Source: a virus
Virus record (IMG/VR): IMGVR_UViG_3300046492_000237
Span: 1-64,000 of that record
Length of the DNA: 64,000 bases
Strand: one strand, 5' to 3'
The position numbers and the translations under genes are program-made. Of this stretch, positions 61,183-64,000 are shown piece by piece. Position 1 is the first letter of the stretch, and each line of letters starts with the position of its first letter. The notes beneath the pieces are model-generated. The model saw only the letters and a program-made list of their open reading frames with translations, was not told the DNA's origin and did no database searches.

Positions 61183-61946
61183 TGAGCCACCTCAACGGGC
61201 GCCTGCTCGATCGCCGTACCCAGCGCCTTCATCGCCATAATCGCCTTGGCGGCGTGGTTGATCATGTAGAGGTTGCCGTAGACGCTTTCGCGCACTTTCT
61301 CAACGCTCTCGTTGTCGACTTCAGCCATGTGCAGGTCATCACCGACTTCCTGCACGAATATCATGGCGGCCTCGGTGTATTCGATATCCTCGGCCTCCTG
61401 CATCATGTCGTAGAGGTTCGTCCAGCTCAGGTCAACTTCGTGCTCGCGCATCGAGTCGACAAAGGCCATGACCGCAGCGTAGATCTCACGGGACTGAAGG
61501 TCGGTGTTGTTGACCCACTCCGGCCACTTCTCCATTTCCTCATCAGACGAGATTTCAACGATCCGTGAGCAGGCGCCGCTAACCACCTGATCGCGCCAGC
61601 GATCCTGATCGAACTCGACCTCTTTGCACTTCGAGTCCAGCTTGCTGTGGATGTAATACTGGACGTCGTTCCCCGCCAGAAACTCCATCCCGTAATGGCT
61701 GCCGACCACAAAGGACATGTTTTCGATATCACCGACGACGCTGATTCCGAAGCGGGTGATCAGGATGTCGAAGGCATAAAAGGTGCTGCGCGGATCCTTG
61801 CAGCGCCACGCCTCGACCAGCCCTGTCGAGATCTGGGTGTAGCGGTGGTCAAACAGGTTTTCAGCAGCGCGGGCCTTGTAGCGATCTTCGGTCGCCTTGC
61901 GTTCGGCGATGTATTCCGCATGTGATTTTTCAGTGTTCATCAGCAA
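61179..61946 (-). CDS. Hypothetical protein
   Basis: 255-aa ORF in a coupled operon. Confidence 0.7.
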   Translation of the reverse strand: MLMNTEKSHAEYIAERKATEDRYKARAAENLFDHRYTQISTGLVEAWRCKDPRSTFYAFDILITRFGISVVGDIENMSFVVGSHYGMEFLAGNDVQYYIHSKLDSKCKEVEFDQDRWRDQVVSGACSRIVEISSDEEMEKWPEWVNNTDLQSREIYAAVMAFVDSMREHEVDLSWTNLYDMMQEAEDIEYTEAAMIFVQEVGDDLHMAEVDNESVEKVRESVYGNLYMINHAAKAIMAMKALGTAIEQAPVEVAQ

Positions 61947-62365
61947 TCCCAGTTCAGGCCTTCGTAATATTCTGGAGTACCGCAGTTCGTGTCTTCGATC
62001 GGCGCCTCACCGGCGGCGACCAGTTCATCGACCTTTTCCTTTGCCGCCTTGGCGGTGGCCAGTGCGTATTCGAGGTGCCGCAGATGGCGAACCTTGCGTT
62101 GCTGGAAGGAATGCAGCGCCTGCTTGCGATCGGCATAGCAGCGCTGAATCCGGGAAGGATCTTTGCTGACCTTGCGGCGCTGTTTCATCAGCCACTTCTC
62201 ACCGAAAACATGCGCGTTATCAGCTTCGTATTTACTGGCCACGTACCAATAGAACGGCGTCTGACCGACCACCACGAACGTGTCGCAGACCAGCGTGACG
62301 CCGTCCGGGCCGCCCTCGGCGCGATAGCGATAGTGGTCTGGTCCAATTTTCACTTTTGTATTCAT
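61940..62365 (-). CDS. Hypothetical protein
   Basis: ATGA coupling with the upstream gene; GAGG RBS. Confidence 0.65.
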   Translation of the reverse strand: MNTKVKIGPDHYRYRAEGGPDGVTLVCDTFVVVGQTPFYWYVASKYEADNAHVFGEKWLMKQRRKVSKDPSRIQRCYADRKQALHSFQQRKVRHLRHLEYALATAKAAKEKVDELVAAGEAPIEDTNCGTPEYYEGLNWDC

Positions 62366-62844
62366 GCGAATTGTTCCTCGGCTTCCCGCTGCGCGGCCTT
62401 GTATTTTTTGAGGGCTTCCTTGTAGCTGGCCTTCGCGGCCTTTTGAGTCGGTGCCCATTCGCCTTCGACGTCGCGTCCGTAGTAGCTGGCATGGCTCGAT
62501 CGATACATACGGTATGAGTAGCCATTGCTCCAGCTGCCGCGATGTTCGAACTTCGGCTTGTTGATCCCAAGCCACTCATGGAAGTAGAGGCCGCAGTCGT
62601 CATGCTGGAACTTGTCATAGTTCGACCGGCGCGGTGGCTTCGGCAGCTTCTCGGTCAGTTCGCCATAGACGATGCCATCGGTTGGGTGATGCGGGCGCGG
62701 ACGGCGCTTCGGATCATCGTCAAGCACCACGCCGATATAGGCGTTGATGGCGGACATGATGATACCGGGCTTGCCGTAGGCCACCACGCGGCGGCCAACC
62801 ACGGCTGGCACCGCGTAATATTCGCGGATGTAGGACAGGCTCAT
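62362..62844 (-). CDS. Phage hypothetical protein
   Basis: YIREYYAVPA..GRRV...G.PG.I...HPT. Confidence 0.7.
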   Translation of the reverse strand: MSLSYIREYYAVPAVVGRRVVAYGKPGIIMSAINAYIGVVLDDDPKRRPRPHHPTDGIVYGELTEKLPKPPRRSNYDKFQHDDCGLYFHEWLGINKPKFEHRGSWSNGYSYRMYRSSHASYYGRDVEGEWAPTQKAAKASYKEALKKYKAAQREAEEQFA

Positions 62845-63338
62845 TTGACTGGAGCCAGACCGGCCGCCGCGAAGGCTTCATTGACCTTAGCGTTCAGCGT
62901 GTCACGGGTGATGGTCTGGACTTTGTAGTCAACCATTTTCTGGATACTCGGTTCCATACCGTCTTGCCACTTGGTCAGCCGCTCCTCGATCAGCTCGACC
63001 ATTCTGGTTTCAACGTGATCCTTGAATACCTGCTCAACCTTCGCCTTGATGGCGACGGCCAAACCGCCACCCTCACGAACCTCCAGAACCTTCTGCCAGC
63101 CTTTCCGCTCGAACAGTAATGCCATGATGCCTTCGGCATCTATTTGCTTGGTGGCTTCGTCGACTTGAGCTTTGAGCACGCCAGTGACTTGCTCGGTCAG
63201 CTGGCCCTTAACGAATTTGCCGGCGGCCTCGGCCAGTACAGCGGATTGCAGCTGGACGCGGGCCTCGGTGCCTTCAGGAAACAGCGCGTTCAATGCCGAG
63301 GTGTTCAGTCGCAGGATTACTTGTTCGCCAATGTTCAT
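62841..63338 (-). CDS. Hypothetical protein
   Basis: GAGGA RBS. Confidence 0.7.
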   Translation of the reverse strand: MNIGEQVILRLNTSALNALFPEGTEARVQLQSAVLAEAAGKFVKGQLTEQVTGVLKAQVDEATKQIDAEGIMALLFERKGWQKVLEVREGGGLAVAIKAKVEQVFKDHVETRMVELIEERLTKWQDGMEPSIQKMVDYKVQTITRDTLNAKVNEAFAAAGLAPVK

Positions 63339-63347
63339 GTGGATTCC

Positions 63348-63506
63348 TCAGTTAAGGTGCCAGCCATTGCAATACTTGCAGCGCGGGCAAACGGTTTTTG
63401 ATACGTGAGTGCGGCGGTAGATCTGTTCCACTGCAGCGCGCGCCGTCTCGGCCGAAGTGAAACGGCGGCGCGGGTGGCACAGCGGCTTTTCTTTGACTTC
63501 GGCCAT
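63348..63506 (-). CDS. 52-aa Zn-finger-like protein (not in the ORF track)
   Basis: AAGGAG RBS; C..RRRF.S...A...RCKYCNGWHL. Confidence 0.65.
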   Translation of the reverse strand: MAEVKEKPLCHPRRRFTSAETARAAVEQIYRRTHVSKTVCPRCKYCNGWHLN

Positions 63507-63515
63507 GATGGCTCC

Positions 63516-63998
63516 TTATGCGTAGTCTTCGGCGTCGAAGGATTTCATCGCGGCATCGAAGCCGTCAGGATCCTTTTCGGTTAAGCTGTAATCAGCGACA
63601 AGATCAGACCCTTCGCCAAGAATCATCAGGATGCGATGGCTGTTCCCGGCTGCGTTGCTGACCTCGATGCGAACCTCGTCGAGGTTGAAAATCAGCTCCA
63701 TCGCCGATTTGGCATCAGAAACTTTGGTTTCTTCGTCGCCATCGTCGATCGCGGTGACCTTCCAGCCGTTGAATTCGAGCCACGCCAGCAGGTTGGCAAC
63801 GATGCGGCGCTCCATCTTTGCGCTGTAGTGCATCTCACGCCCCTTGTAGAGCAGCGCATCGATTTCCAGATCTGGCGGCTCGACCGGCATGAACACGGTC
63901 GGCGCCGAGAATTCAAGAGCAGCGCGCGCCTTGTCTGCCAGCGCGGTGTTGCCGGTGGCGTCGTGCAGCGGGATCAGCAGCGCGATCATGGCGCTCAA
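63516..63998 (-). CDS. Hypothetical protein (may extend beyond the window)
   Basis: ORF runs to the window edge. Confidence 0.6.
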   Translation of the reverse strand: MSAMIALLIPLHDATGNTALADKARAALEFSAPTVFMPVEPPDLEIDALLYKGREMHYSAKMERRIVANLLAWLEFNGWKVTAIDDGDEETKVSDAKSAMELIFNLDEVRIEVSNAAGNSHRILMILGEGSDLVADYSLTEKDPDGFDAAMKSFDAEDYA

Positions 63999-64000
63999 CT

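Overview
The whole 64 kb window looks like the genome of a temperate, contractile-tailed (myovirus-type) phage. GC-rich sequence and gene content suggest a proteobacterial, plausibly Pseudomonas-like, host. No host housekeeping genes or prophage boundary are visible. Order: partial ADP-ribosyltransferase, acidic partner and NUDIX gene (1-2.2 kb); DNA methyltransferase and small early genes (2.3-7.2 kb); terminase with two ATPase-like domains (7.3-9.9 kb); an opposite-strand island with RdgC and a ~1.2 kb structured-RNA/tRNA cluster (10.6-14.8 kb); head (14.9-22.2 kb); neck, tail, baseplate and fibres (22.2-42.3 kb); lysis (42.3-44.7 kb); TraR-like gene and tyrosine integrase; recombination (HU, SMC-like ATPase, RecE-like); replication (helicase, SSB, VRR-NUC, primase-helicase); and small minus-strand early genes. 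Signals not shown by the ORF track: (1) a 12-copy late-promoter motif, GTCGTGAC-N3-A-N3-T-N6-(+1), which lands exactly on the ATG of six genes (leaderless mRNAs); (2) an 18-bp palindromic operator sitting on about ten sigma70-like promoters; (3) an array of tRNA-like kissing-loop RNA modules with variable inserts; (4) a structured ~270-nt RNA between the portal and MuF genes; (5) a hydrophobic-x-K-(S/A) processing motif shared by head proteins and the NUDIX enzyme, plus a copy of the capsid N-terminal arm inside the protease; (6) a +1 frameshift candidate in the tail chaperone; (7) three stand-alone fibre-tip paralogues. Protein family calls come from motif recognition and gene order only; no database searches were run.
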